Positions 1 to 8,057 of a stretch of DNA of 64,000 bases are shown here, one piece after another. The DNA comes from an uncultured Thermoplasmata archaeon (GTDB lineage Archaea > Thermoplasmatota > Thermoplasmata > UBA10834), in NCBI GenBank assembly GCA_964488505.1, contig CAZAUI010000002.1, positions 3,722 to 67,721 on the forward strand, in the 5' to 3' direction. Both the position numbers and the translations under genes were made by a program. Within the stretch, counting starts at the first letter, position 1, and each line of letters begins with the position of its first letter. Under the pieces are notes generated by a model that ran no database searches, was not told where the DNA came from, and was given only the letters and a program-made list of their open reading frames with translations.

Positions 1-1
1 G

Positions 2-208
2 GACGCCGTCCATCAGAAGGCGATGGAGCTCCGCGGGAAGGTCATCGAGATAAAGGAACAGAAGCGGGCCGAGGTCAGGGAGGAGAGGAACGCCATCAGG
101 GACGTCAACCTGGCGACCCGCAAGGCCCTAGACGACAAGGAGAAGAAGGACAAGGTGGCCGACGAGGCCCTCCAGACGCTCCTGAAGAAGGGCAAGATCG
201 AGATCTAG
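2..208 (+). CDS. C-terminal fragment of a charged coiled-coil-like protein (5' end lies outside the window)
   Basis: The frame is open from the window edge (phase from nt 2) to TAG at 206-208. The tail ...KVIEIKEQKRAEVREERNAIRDVNLATRKALDDKEKKDKVADEALQTLLKKGKIEI is K/E-rich and helical-looking. The product is not identifiable. Confidence 0.4.
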   Translation, partial: DAVHQKAMELRGKVIEIKEQKRAEVREERNAIRDVNLATRKALDDKEKKDKVADEALQTLLKKGKIEI

Positions 209-231
209 GCTCGGCCTGGACATCTCTCACT

Positions 232-2223
232 TCAGCGCTTCTTCTTTTTCTTCTTCCGCCCGCCGAACACGAGTATGGACGCCGTCGGCTCGAGCTCCTC
301 CTCGTCCTCCTCATCGGGCTCTGGCTCCGGCGCAGGTTCGGGGGCCCTCTCGGGGACCGGCTCGGACCGCGGCTGCGGCTCCGGGACCGGCGGCGGCACG
401 GGGATCACGGGCGCCTCGGGGGCCTTGCCCTGGGACACGTACACATCGTGCATGTCCATCCTCCTGAAGTGCAGGCGCTCGGTCTTCATCAGCAGGGCCA
501 TCGGCAGCACGAGCTGTTCGCTCGTGAGGCCCGTCCCCGTGATGATGCTGTCCAGGGTCGCGCCCTTGTCCGCCGTGACGTTCAGGATAGCCCTGATGGC
601 TGCGTTGACATCGAACTTGTCCTGGCCGCCGCCAACGACGAGCTGGGTCCTCTGCTCCACGATGCTCGTCAGGAACTCCTTCGACTTCCGGTCGAAGTCC
701 GTCGGGTCCTCCCTGAGCAGTGCCCTCAGGTAGGTCGTGTCGAGGCCCAGCTCCTCCCAGCCGCGGATCTGGTCCATGCACATGCCCTTGTAGAACTCCC
801 TCTGGAGGCCGTCCCTCGCCAGCTTGCTCCTGGGCCTCAGCTCGATCGCCTTCTGGAAGTACATGACCGCGTCGTCGCTCCTGCCGAGCTTGACGGAGGT
901 CTTGGCGAGGTTGATGTACGCGTCGAAGTTCTTCGGATCCAGGGCTACTGCGCGGTTGAAGCACGCCACGGCCTCCTCGGGCCATTCGAGGGTGCTGAAC
1001 ACCGCGCCCTTGTTATTCCACGCGACGGCGTTCTTCGGGTCCGCCTGTATGGACCTGTCGTACGAGCTCAGTGCGAGGGCCCTCTTGCCCTCGAAGGCGT
1101 ACATGTTGCCCAGATGGCACCACGTGGTGCTGTCCTCGGGGTCCATCTCCAGGGCCATGTCGTAGCTCGTCTTGGCCTTGGAGTACTCCTTCATGTGGTA
1201 TAGGACGTCACCCTTGACGTTCCACGGGAGCGAGAACTTGTGCGCGACGCCGGCCTCCGAGCTCTCCTGGACCGCGGCGTCCGCATGGACCAGCGCGGCG
1301 GGGAAGTCGCCCGTGTGCATCAGGTGCGCCGCCTTGCGCAGCTTGGTCCACATGGACAGGTACTCCTTCTCCTTCCACAGGTAGAGTATCAGCGGGACGA
1401 ACGAGAACACGATGCCGATGAGCGCGAGGCCGCGGTCGTACGGCTCGTAGGTCTCACTGGGCAGTATGCCGACCTGCTCGTGGAATGAGAGGAGGAACAC
1501 GGCCATGGCCCCTATGAGCCAGGCGCCCAGGTAGCCGTCCCTGGTCCTCATGAACTGGAGAGACACCAGGGCGGAGGTCATGCCGACGGCGAGGAGCACC
1601 AGGTTCAGGCCGGTGAAGGGGTACTCGCCCGGACGGCTCCTTGCGACATCGAAGGCCTCGTGGACCGGCATCAGGACCATCATGACGACGCCGAACCCGT
1701 ACACCGCGAGCCAGATGCTGTCCCTGTTCGAGATGGACTTCATGCCCATGACCATGAAGACGAATCCGGCGACCACGAGCACGCTCAGCAGCACCGCCCA
1801 TATGCCCACCTCGGAGCCCAGGGCCGCGAGGCCTGCGCCTGCGACGATCACGATTATGAGGCCCATTATCCAGAATGAGTCCTTCGAGAGCGGGAGTCTG
1901 ACGCCGTCATCGTAAGCCTTTCCGGTCGTCAGATAGAGCATCATGATGCCCATGAGCACGAAGAAGCCGGTCACGACGAACACGTAGGTGTTGTAGACCT
2001 CCCAGCTGCCGTACCACAGCTCCTGGCTGAGGAAGAACTCCACGGATGCGCCTATCACAACGGCGGCGTACAGGAGCAGGAGGTAGAGCCGGGGGCCTCC
2101 CAGGACCGGCATGAACGGCCTCACGGCCTCGGAGCGCGACCCCAGTGGTCTGAGCAGCTCCGCGAGGGAGACGCTCTCGTTCATGCGTTCGGGGCTGCTC
2201 TCGGGTGCATCAGGTACTTCCAT
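232..2223 (-). CDS. Polytopic membrane protein with cytoplasmic TPR repeats and a Pro/Glu-rich, poly-Lys C-terminal tail
   Basis: 663-aa ORF with ATG at 2221-2223. The N-terminal ~330 aa contain many hydrophobic helices. TPR-like units follow (GDVLYHMKEYSKAKTSYDMALEMDPEDSTTW..., AFEGKRALALSSYDRSIQADPKNAVAW..., STLEWPEEAVACFNRAVALDPKNFDAY..., GRSDDAVMYFQKAIELRPRS). The tail reads PEPAPEPEPDEEDEEELEP...GGRKKKKKKR. The start overlaps the stop of the upstream gene by 14 nt. Confidence 0.8.
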   Translation of the reverse strand: MEVPDAPESSPERMNESVSLAELLRPLGSRSEAVRPFMPVLGGPRLYLLLLYAAVVIGASVEFFLSQELWYGSWEVYNTYVFVVTGFFVLMGIMMLYLTTGKAYDDGVRLPLSKDSFWIMGLIIVIVAGAGLAALGSEVGIWAVLLSVLVVAGFVFMVMGMKSISNRDSIWLAVYGFGVVMMVLMPVHEAFDVARSRPGEYPFTGLNLVLLAVGMTSALVSLQFMRTRDGYLGAWLIGAMAVFLLSFHEQVGILPSETYEPYDRGLALIGIVFSFVPLILYLWKEKEYLSMWTKLRKAAHLMHTGDFPAALVHADAAVQESSEAGVAHKFSLPWNVKGDVLYHMKEYSKAKTSYDMALEMDPEDSTTWCHLGNMYAFEGKRALALSSYDRSIQADPKNAVAWNNKGAVFSTLEWPEEAVACFNRAVALDPKNFDAYINLAKTSVKLGRSDDAVMYFQKAIELRPRSKLARDGLQREFYKGMCMDQIRGWEELGLDTTYLRALLREDPTDFDRKSKEFLTSIVEQRTQLVVGGGQDKFDVNAAIRAILNVTADKGATLDSIITGTGLTSEQLVLPMALLMKTERLHFRRMDMHDVYVSQGKAPEAPVIPVPPPVPEPQPRSEPVPERAPEPAPEPEPDEEDEEELEPTASILVFGGRKKKKKKR

Positions 2224-4882
2224 CGGCCTTCCCTTCCGGATCCGCTTCCGTTTTCTTGCGCGCTGCCTGTCTACGCCGTATGACGAAGAAGATAATTGGT
2301 ACTATCGCTAACGGCGCTAATATGTCCCCGAACTCGGGGATTGGCACCTGGCCATCGTTTATCTCCCCTGGCGTGGGCTTCATGTAATCGTAATCGTCGT
2401 AGCCGTCGAGGGGGGAGCCGACCACGCCGTAGGATTTGACGGAATAGTCATCTGGCAGAATGACCTCGTCGACAATCGCGCCAGTGGGATCCAGCAGGAG
2501 GAAGGTGGTCGACGTCAGGAAGCTCAGCCTGGGCGTCACGAAGAACCCACCTGACTCGATGATGGTGCTCGTGGTGATCGTGTAGACGACATCGCCCACA
2601 ACGATGCTCCACCCCAAGAGGTCGATCGGCTCGCTGGATGTGTTGTACAGCTCTATCCAGTCAACGGTCCCGCGCGGCGCGGTCGAATATATCTCGTTGA
2701 TTATGATGCCGCCGATCTCCCTCGAACCCGACAACACACCCGCAGGCAGGGAGACGACCGCGCCGTCCTGGGACCCGCGCCAGTCCTGGGCCAGGAAGGT
2801 TATGTAGTAGGTGCCGTTGGCGGTCATGCCCAGGGCCTCGAAAGCCGCGCCCACCTCCAGCCGGTAGCTGTCAGCGGCCGCCTCGACCGTCCCCGTGAGC
2901 TCCCATGAGTCGTTTGAGAAAGAATAGGCGTTCGCCGACAGGATGTTACCGTTCTTCCCGACGACAGCCACAGCCGACTCCGCGCCCCCTATGTGGAAGC
3001 CGGTCGACTCGTTGCCGTCGAGGTCGACGAACATATATGCGAGGTCCGCCCCGTAGATGTGCTCCTCCTCCGTGGCGTTCGGCATGGACGCGCCCGGCTC
3101 CGGGGCATCGGCCCAGCGCACGAGCGTGCCAGGGACGCTCGAACCTCCGAGCATCCTGCCGTCGACGGACATATAGAACAGCGCGGTCGTCTCCTTGGAC
3201 CACGCCACCACGGAGGAGATGTCCACATCCTTGTTGGGGAAGACGCCTTCTCCCGCAAGGACCACATCTCCGAGGGAATCCTCCGCCATCATGAGGGCGT
3301 CCCAGTCCGCAAAGGCGCCGTCGATGGCGACGATATTGGGGGCGGAGCCGACATAGGTCGCTTTGTTATCGACCTGATGCGACGCCACAACGAATGTTGC
3401 GTTATCGGAGGTGATCATCCCGCTGGACCCGTTGAGTTCGATGCTGAAGGAGCGTGTCGCCAAACTTTCCGAGAAAGAAGCGAGCACTGATAGCTCAACG
3501 GGCTCGTCCGGGTTAAGCCGGACAGTTGCGGGGAAGATCACCTCCCGGCCCGTCCCCAGGCCAGCTTGAGTACTTCCTATCATTATCTTGATCTCAGACG
3601 GGACCGCGGTGCCTCCGAGCTCGAACCTGAGCCCTTCGAGGTCCACAGGCGACCCCTTCGAAGTGATTTCGAGCGTCAGCATCCGCTCGTCCGTGAAACC
3701 GGACGTGACGCCCGGGGCCACGAACTCCTGGACCACGCTCACCGCCGGGCCCGAATACCCGTAGTTGACCTCGGACCAGTCGTCGAGGACACCGGTGTGC
3801 CTAGCGCAGATCGCGACCTTGGAGACGGAGCTGGTGATCAGGGTAGTGCCGATCTCGATCTCCCCGTCGTTGAAGGCGACCGCGGGCTGCGAGGACTGCC
3901 GGAACCCGGCGAAGTCGTGCTGGTCCGCGCGCCTGTCGAACACGAATGAAGTTGACCGCTCGGCCGAGCCGTTCCAGCCGAGCACTGCGATCATGTGGTC
4001 CGCGCCCAGGCCCCTGACGATGTATCCCGTCGAGGTGTCGCCGTCGCGGTCGATGAAGATGTAGAACCCGTCGGCGCCGCCGTCCGCGCCGTTCATGATG
4101 GTGCCGTCTGTGGCGATGTAGAAATAGGATGCACGCGCGCTCGCTTGGACGGCGTAGGCAGATATGGACACGTCCGGGTTCTCGGAGTCCGGGATGTCCT
4201 CGTACACGGTCGCCTTGACCCAGTCCATGAAGTACCCGTCGATCTCGACGTCCTCAGGCGGGAACGCATGGACCAGCAGGTAGGGCACGGTCATGACGAA
4301 TGCGAACAGTAGGACGGCCACGACGACCTTCTTGCGCGCGACCGGGAACTGCTTCGACAACCTCCTGGCGGTCGAGGATATCCTGAAGCCGTTGACGGCG
4401 CCGGCGCCGTTCACGAAGCCGTTCGTGAGGCCGTTCGTCAGGCCGTTCGTGAGGCCGTTGGTGAGTCCGTTCGTCAAGCCGTTAGTGAGCCCGTTGACGA
4501 GCCCTGACCTGCGGGACCCGCGGGAGGAGCCGTTGGAGAAGCCGTTCGTGGCACCGTTCGTGCGGCCGTTCGTCCTGCCGTTGGTCCGTCCGTTGGTACG
4601 GCCGTTGACCCTGCCGTTCGTACGGCCGTTGGTCTTGCCGTTGGTTTTGCCGTTGGTGAGTCCGAAGAAGATCTGGTTGGAGCCGCTGTTCGCGGGCGGG
4701 TTCCCGAGGTTCCTCGAGCCGCCGTAGGCCGGGCCGTCGGCGACGCCGTCGAGACGACCCCTGTAGCCGGACTTGACGGCCACCATCGGCTTGCCCGTCA
4801 GCTGGTAAGCACTGCCGCTGGTGAGGCCCCTCGAACCGGGTGACGTGGGGGGTGACGTCTTCCCTCGGATGCCCTTCTGCAT
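2210..4882 (-). CDS. Surface protein with a cytoplasmic xTNG-repeat region, signal-anchor TM, two beta-rich 'DGxFxDW' ectodomain modules, a lamin-tail-like domain and a PEF-CTERM-like C-terminal anchor
   Basis: 890 aa with ATG at 4880-4882. It has (K/R)TNG x11 and LTNG x9 repeats, followed by RRLSKQFPVARKK and the TM VVVAVLLFAFVMTVPYLLVHAF. The two modules read IDGYFMDW...FYIFIDRDGDTSTGY...GADHMIAVLGWNGS and IDGAFADW...AYMFVDLDGNESTGF. An LTD-like stretch IIINEIYSTAPRGTVDWIELYNTSSEPIDLLGWSIV lies at about nt 2410-2715. The C-terminus is PIPEFGDILAPLAIVPIIFFVIRRRQ (nt 2267-2344). Confidence 0.85.
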   Translation of the reverse strand: MQKGIRGKTSPPTSPGSRGLTSGSAYQLTGKPMVAVKSGYRGRLDGVADGPAYGGSRNLGNPPANSGSNQIFFGLTNGKTNGKTNGRTNGRVNGRTNGRTNGRTNGRTNGATNGFSNGSSRGSRRSGLVNGLTNGLTNGLTNGLTNGLTNGLTNGFVNGAGAVNGFRISSTARRLSKQFPVARKKVVVAVLLFAFVMTVPYLLVHAFPPEDVEIDGYFMDWVKATVYEDIPDSENPDVSISAYAVQASARASYFYIATDGTIMNGADGGADGFYIFIDRDGDTSTGYIVRGLGADHMIAVLGWNGSAERSTSFVFDRRADQHDFAGFRQSSQPAVAFNDGEIEIGTTLITSSVSKVAICARHTGVLDDWSEVNYGYSGPAVSVVQEFVAPGVTSGFTDERMLTLEITSKGSPVDLEGLRFELGGTAVPSEIKIMIGSTQAGLGTGREVIFPATVRLNPDEPVELSVLASFSESLATRSFSIELNGSSGMITSDNATFVVASHQVDNKATYVGSAPNIVAIDGAFADWDALMMAEDSLGDVVLAGEGVFPNKDVDISSVVAWSKETTALFYMSVDGRMLGGSSVPGTLVRWADAPEPGASMPNATEEEHIYGADLAYMFVDLDGNESTGFHIGGAESAVAVVGKNGNILSANAYSFSNDSWELTGTVEAAADSYRLEVGAAFEALGMTANGTYYITFLAQDWRGSQDGAVVSLPAGVLSGSREIGGIIINEIYSTAPRGTVDWIELYNTSSEPIDLLGWSIVVGDVVYTITTSTIIESGGFFVTPRLSFLTSTTFLLLDPTGAIVDEVILPDDYSVKSYGVVGSPLDGYDDYDYMKPTPGEINDGQVPIPEFGDILAPLAIVPIIFFVIRRRQAARKKTEADPEGKADGST
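4388..4660 (-). repeat. Imperfect 12-nt tandem repeat in two blocks (4388-4503 and 4529-4660), in-frame and coding for x-T/V-N-G tetrapeptides
   Basis: The plus-strand unit gccgttNNNNNN recurs head-to-tail, e.g. gccgttcgtgag gccgttcgtcag gccgttcgtgag gccgttggtgag and gccgttcgtcct gccgttggtccg tccgttggtacg gccgttgaccct. It translates on the minus strand to LTNG x6 flanked by VNG units, and to (K/R)TNG x11. Confidence 0.9.
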
Positions 4883-5189
4883 CGCTTGTGCCTCTCCCGC
4901 GCATGCAGATAGCCAGGCCTACAACGTGCGGACCGCTAGCCCCCCTTAGACTCCCCCAGAAACACACTCTCTCTAAACAGACGGCACGCTGAGTAGCCGG
5001 CTAGCTGATGGCGGTTTGGCTACGCTCCTTCGAGATTAAGAGTGAGGTGTGGTTATAATACCCTTTCGCCTGAGGCGTCCGTGGGCTTACTGGCGGGCAC
5101 AATCCCGTTCTTATATGGCCTGACGATCGGAAGGAGTCAGTCGCGAGAAGAGAAGGAAAGTGGTTTGCGGGTCTCGGTACGGTCCCGGC

Positions 5190-5723
5190 TCAGTCCGCGA
5201 GCAACCAGTCGCCGAACGAGAGCTCTCCGTTGTTGTCGTCGTTCGGCAACAGGACCGTCTGGACCTCTATCACGTCGCCGATGTCGTACAGCTCCGAGAG
5301 GTTCTCGGGGGAGGACACGTCGATCCAGAACAACCCGTGGTTGACCGAGATGTACTCGTCCCCGTGCTCGGTCGAGGGAACGTTGAACAGTATCCCGGAT
5401 TCGGCGGAGGCCCACTTGTCATCCTCGTAGACGAAGTACATCCTCACCGTGTATACGGTCACGCCTCCCTCTACGATCTCGCTCCGCGGGTACATGTCCA
5501 CAATCCTGTCACTTACGGTCTTGATGTCCTGAGCCTCCCAATCCGACGGGAACTTCAGGTATTGGTCATAGGTCACGCTGGGGTTCGCGTTCTCCAGCTC
5601 GTTGAACAGCTTCGTGAAGCCCCCTGCAGTCCTGACGCCCCCGGCCGCTATCATGACGAAGGCGACCACGATGGCCGCCACAACCATGAGCGCCACCATT
5701 ATCGTGAGTATCTTCCTCTCCAT
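5190..5723 (-). CDS. Hypothetical N-terminally membrane-anchored extracytoplasmic protein
   Basis: An internal ATG (5721-5723) gives MERKILTIMVALMVVAAIVVAFVMIAAGG (signal anchor) followed by a soluble ~150-aa domain. No recognisable family. The longer ORF to 5834 adds a non-hydrophobic R/G-rich leader. Confidence 0.5.
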   Translation of the reverse strand: MERKILTIMVALMVVAAIVVAFVMIAAGGVRTAGGFTKLFNELENANPSVTYDQYLKFPSDWEAQDIKTVSDRIVDMYPRSEIVEGGVTVYTVRMYFVYEDDKWASAESGILFNVPSTEHGDEYISVNHGLFWIDVSSPENLSELYDIGDVIEVQTVLLPNDDNNGELSFGDWLLAD

Positions 5724-6141
5724 CCTTCTTACACTCCTGTCATACAGCTCTCGCTTGGGGGAGAGACACGTGCGTGAACGCTCTTCAGCGCCAGCTGGTC
5801 CATCCCTTCCGCTCGGCACCCCACATATGGACATAATGGTACATAATTATTTGGGGCCCGGAATACATGAGCGCTGGCTCGCCGGGAACACGCTCAGGAG
5901 CCGTCCGCGGGAAAAATGTTCCGAGGGGCGCCCATCACGCCGCCCCGACACTCTGCCTTGGCAACAATCCCACCACACCATCTACCGAGGGCTGCCGTCG
6001 CTTGTGTCCACCCTTCAACATCGACATCGTATATCAAATGTTGCGGAGTCGGACGTCGATGTACGAATTTCGTATCATGTCGAGGGTCAGAAAACGGTCC
6101 GAAGGGGTTTCCGGGTTTGCCGTCTGGGTGCTTGAGGCCGC

Positions 6142-7002
6142 TCAGTCGCAGGAGGCCTTCGAGGACGCGCGCCTCGAGCCCATGATGACGAGCACGATGC
6201 CGAGCACGAGGGCGACTGCGAACACGCCGGCGATCATCTCGCGGGAGTCCTGCATCGCCGAGTTGATCGGGTCCCAGAGCACGACGATTATGAGGGCGAG
6301 TATGCCGAACAGGAACAGCGACAGGGACAGGCCGGGCATGTTCCCGGAGACCTCCTTGCCGGACGACATCGCCTTCTTGATCAGCATGAACGCCAGCAGC
6401 CCGACCACGAGAAGGACGACCGGTATGACGATGAACATGGCGAGGTTGTCCTCGATCGGGGGCACCCAGCTCCAGTACCAGTCTATCATGAGCGCTATCT
6501 GCGTGCCCACGAGCCCGAGTATGATGAGCGCGACGCCTATGACCCTGAAGTCCATGATGCTCGAGGGCAGGCTGGCCTCGGGCGCCCTCTTCGGGGCGGC
6601 CCTGCTCGGCTTCGGTCTCGGCCTCTCCGGGGGCCTCGACGGCTTGGCGGCCGCCTTGGGCTTCTGCGCAGGCCTCGCCTTGGCCGGGGCGGGTTCGGGT
6701 TCGGCCTCGAAGACCGTCTTCTCCTCGACCTCGATGACCTCCTCGATCTCCTCTTCCTCGAACTCGGCGCCGCACTTCGGGCAGCTGACGACATCTATCC
6801 CGACCATGGCCCCGCAGACCGGGCATGCGACATCCTCGCTCTCGTCGGATGTGACGGGCTCAGCCTTCGCCTTCGAGGGCCTGACCGGCTCATCCTCGTC
6901 CTGCTCGAACTCGGCTCCGCAGTACGGACAGGAGGACACATCGACTCCGACTATCTTGCCGCAGACAGGGCACGCAATCTCATCATCTTGGTCTTTAGCC
7001 AT
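6142..7002 (-). CDS. Membrane protein with two N-terminal zinc ribbons, a Pro/Ala/Lys-rich linker and ~4 TM helices
   Basis: Ribbons are CPVCGKIVGVDVSSCPYCGAEFEQDEDE and CPVCGAMVGIDVVSCPKCGAEFEEEE. The linker is PAPAKARPAQKPKAAAKPSRPPERPRPKPSRAAPK. Hydrophobic helices follow (VIGVALIILGLVGTQIALMI, FIVIPVVLLVVGLLAFMLI, LSLSLFLFGILALIIVVLW, IAGVFAVALVLGIVLVIMG). Confidence 0.8.
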   Translation of the reverse strand: MAKDQDDEIACPVCGKIVGVDVSSCPYCGAEFEQDEDEPVRPSKAKAEPVTSDESEDVACPVCGAMVGIDVVSCPKCGAEFEEEEIEEVIEVEEKTVFEAEPEPAPAKARPAQKPKAAAKPSRPPERPRPKPSRAAPKRAPEASLPSSIMDFRVIGVALIILGLVGTQIALMIDWYWSWVPPIEDNLAMFIVIPVVLLVVGLLAFMLIKKAMSSGKEVSGNMPGLSLSLFLFGILALIIVVLWDPINSAMQDSREMIAGVFAVALVLGIVLVIMGSRRASSKASCD

Positions 7003-7193
7003 GGGGCCACCTCACAACGAAATGATAGTGCTGGCGCCAACAATTGGATTAGTCATTTAAAAAGGTATCTACAGGCCCGCCTGGCATGCGCACGCATGGG
7101 CCGAGCAAGGCCAGCCCGGCAGTGTACTGGCGCACCAACTGACAAACAGATATATGGACCTACACGTTTCGGCAGGACGAGGGCGGGAAAGGA

Positions 7194-8051
7194 TTGACCG
7201 AAGGCTCGGACGCGCTCGACAGACTCGTGGGGTTCCTAGAGACCCACAACGGACAGCGGGTCGCTATCGCGCTCTTCTCAGTCGTCGCGACCCTGGTCCT
7301 GGTGCTCCTGCCGGGGACGGCTGCCGCGTTCGCCTTCGGCCTGCCATACATGTTCTTCGTGCCCGGGTTCGCCGTAGTCCGGCTGTTCTTCTGGAAGGGC
7401 ACGACCCTGGAGGCCAGGTTCGTGCTCAGCCTCGGGATATCGATACTCGTCATAATCTTCCTCGGACTGTTCCTCGTGCTCACGCCGATCGGGCTCGACT
7501 CCAACACGACCAGGGTGTCCCTGATAGTCTTCGCCCTGGCCGCGGTGGCCGCGGAGATGGTGAAGAACAGGGACGCGAAGGACGAGCCCGCCCAGAAGGC
7601 GCCTGACGAGGACATCGAGCCGTTCAAGTTCGACAAGGTCGTCGCGGCGATGATAGGCACCGCGCTCGTCGTGTCCGGCATATGCCTCGCCCTGATCATC
7701 ACCGCGGAGTATCCGTCCCGGACATACTTCGCCATGACGGAGGACGGCAGCGCGAAGATCAACACGACCCGCATATTGGGGTCGAACATCACGCTCACGA
7801 TAGAGATGCACAACGGCGAGGACGGGCCCAGGAACTTCTCCATGGCCGCGTACTGCATGAACAGCACGCACTGGGGCACCAGATGGTACTACAACGAGAT
7901 GGAGGAGGGCGAGACATGGTTCGTCAACGTCACCTTCCCGATGGACCAGCTGGGGATATGGAGGTTCGACTTCGACCTCTACATCATGGAGGAGGGAGAG
8001 CCGCAGTACCTCTACGGGAACCTGCACGTGTGGGTCGCCGTGGCCGAGTAG
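7194..8051 (+). CDS. Membrane protein, DUF1616-like architecture (N-terminal TM helices plus C-terminal beta-rich domain)
   Basis: 285 aa with an apparent TTG start at 7194, so the start is uncertain. It has 3-4 TM helices (VAIALFSVVATLVLVLLPG, YMFFVPGFAVVRLFFW, FVLSLGISILVIIFLGLFLVL, VSLIVFALAAVAA), a further helix, then a soluble domain. The family call is from architecture only. Confidence 0.6.
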   Translation: MTEGSDALDRLVGFLETHNGQRVAIALFSVVATLVLVLLPGTAAAFAFGLPYMFFVPGFAVVRLFFWKGTTLEARFVLSLGISILVIIFLGLFLVLTPIGLDSNTTRVSLIVFALAAVAAEMVKNRDAKDEPAQKAPDEDIEPFKFDKVVAAMIGTALVVSGICLALIITAEYPSRTYFAMTEDGSAKINTTRILGSNITLTIEMHNGEDGPRNFSMAAYCMNSTHWGTRWYYNEMEEGETWFVNVTFPMDQLGIWRFDFDLYIMEEGEPQYLYGNLHVWVAVAE

Positions 8052-8057
8052 CCCAGG

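Noticed and set aside
4388-4660. Checked whether the short tandem repeats could be a CRISPR array or a non-coding minisatellite.
   Set aside because: The units are 12 nt, contiguous with no spacers, in frame and inside a long supported ORF. They are a coding tetrapeptide repeat.
5867-7060. 397-aa + strand ORF opposite the double zinc-ribbon membrane gene.
   Set aside because: It is Ser/Thr/Ala-rich with no clear helices or motifs. The minus strand gives two canonical CPxCG...CPxCG ribbons and four clean TM helices.
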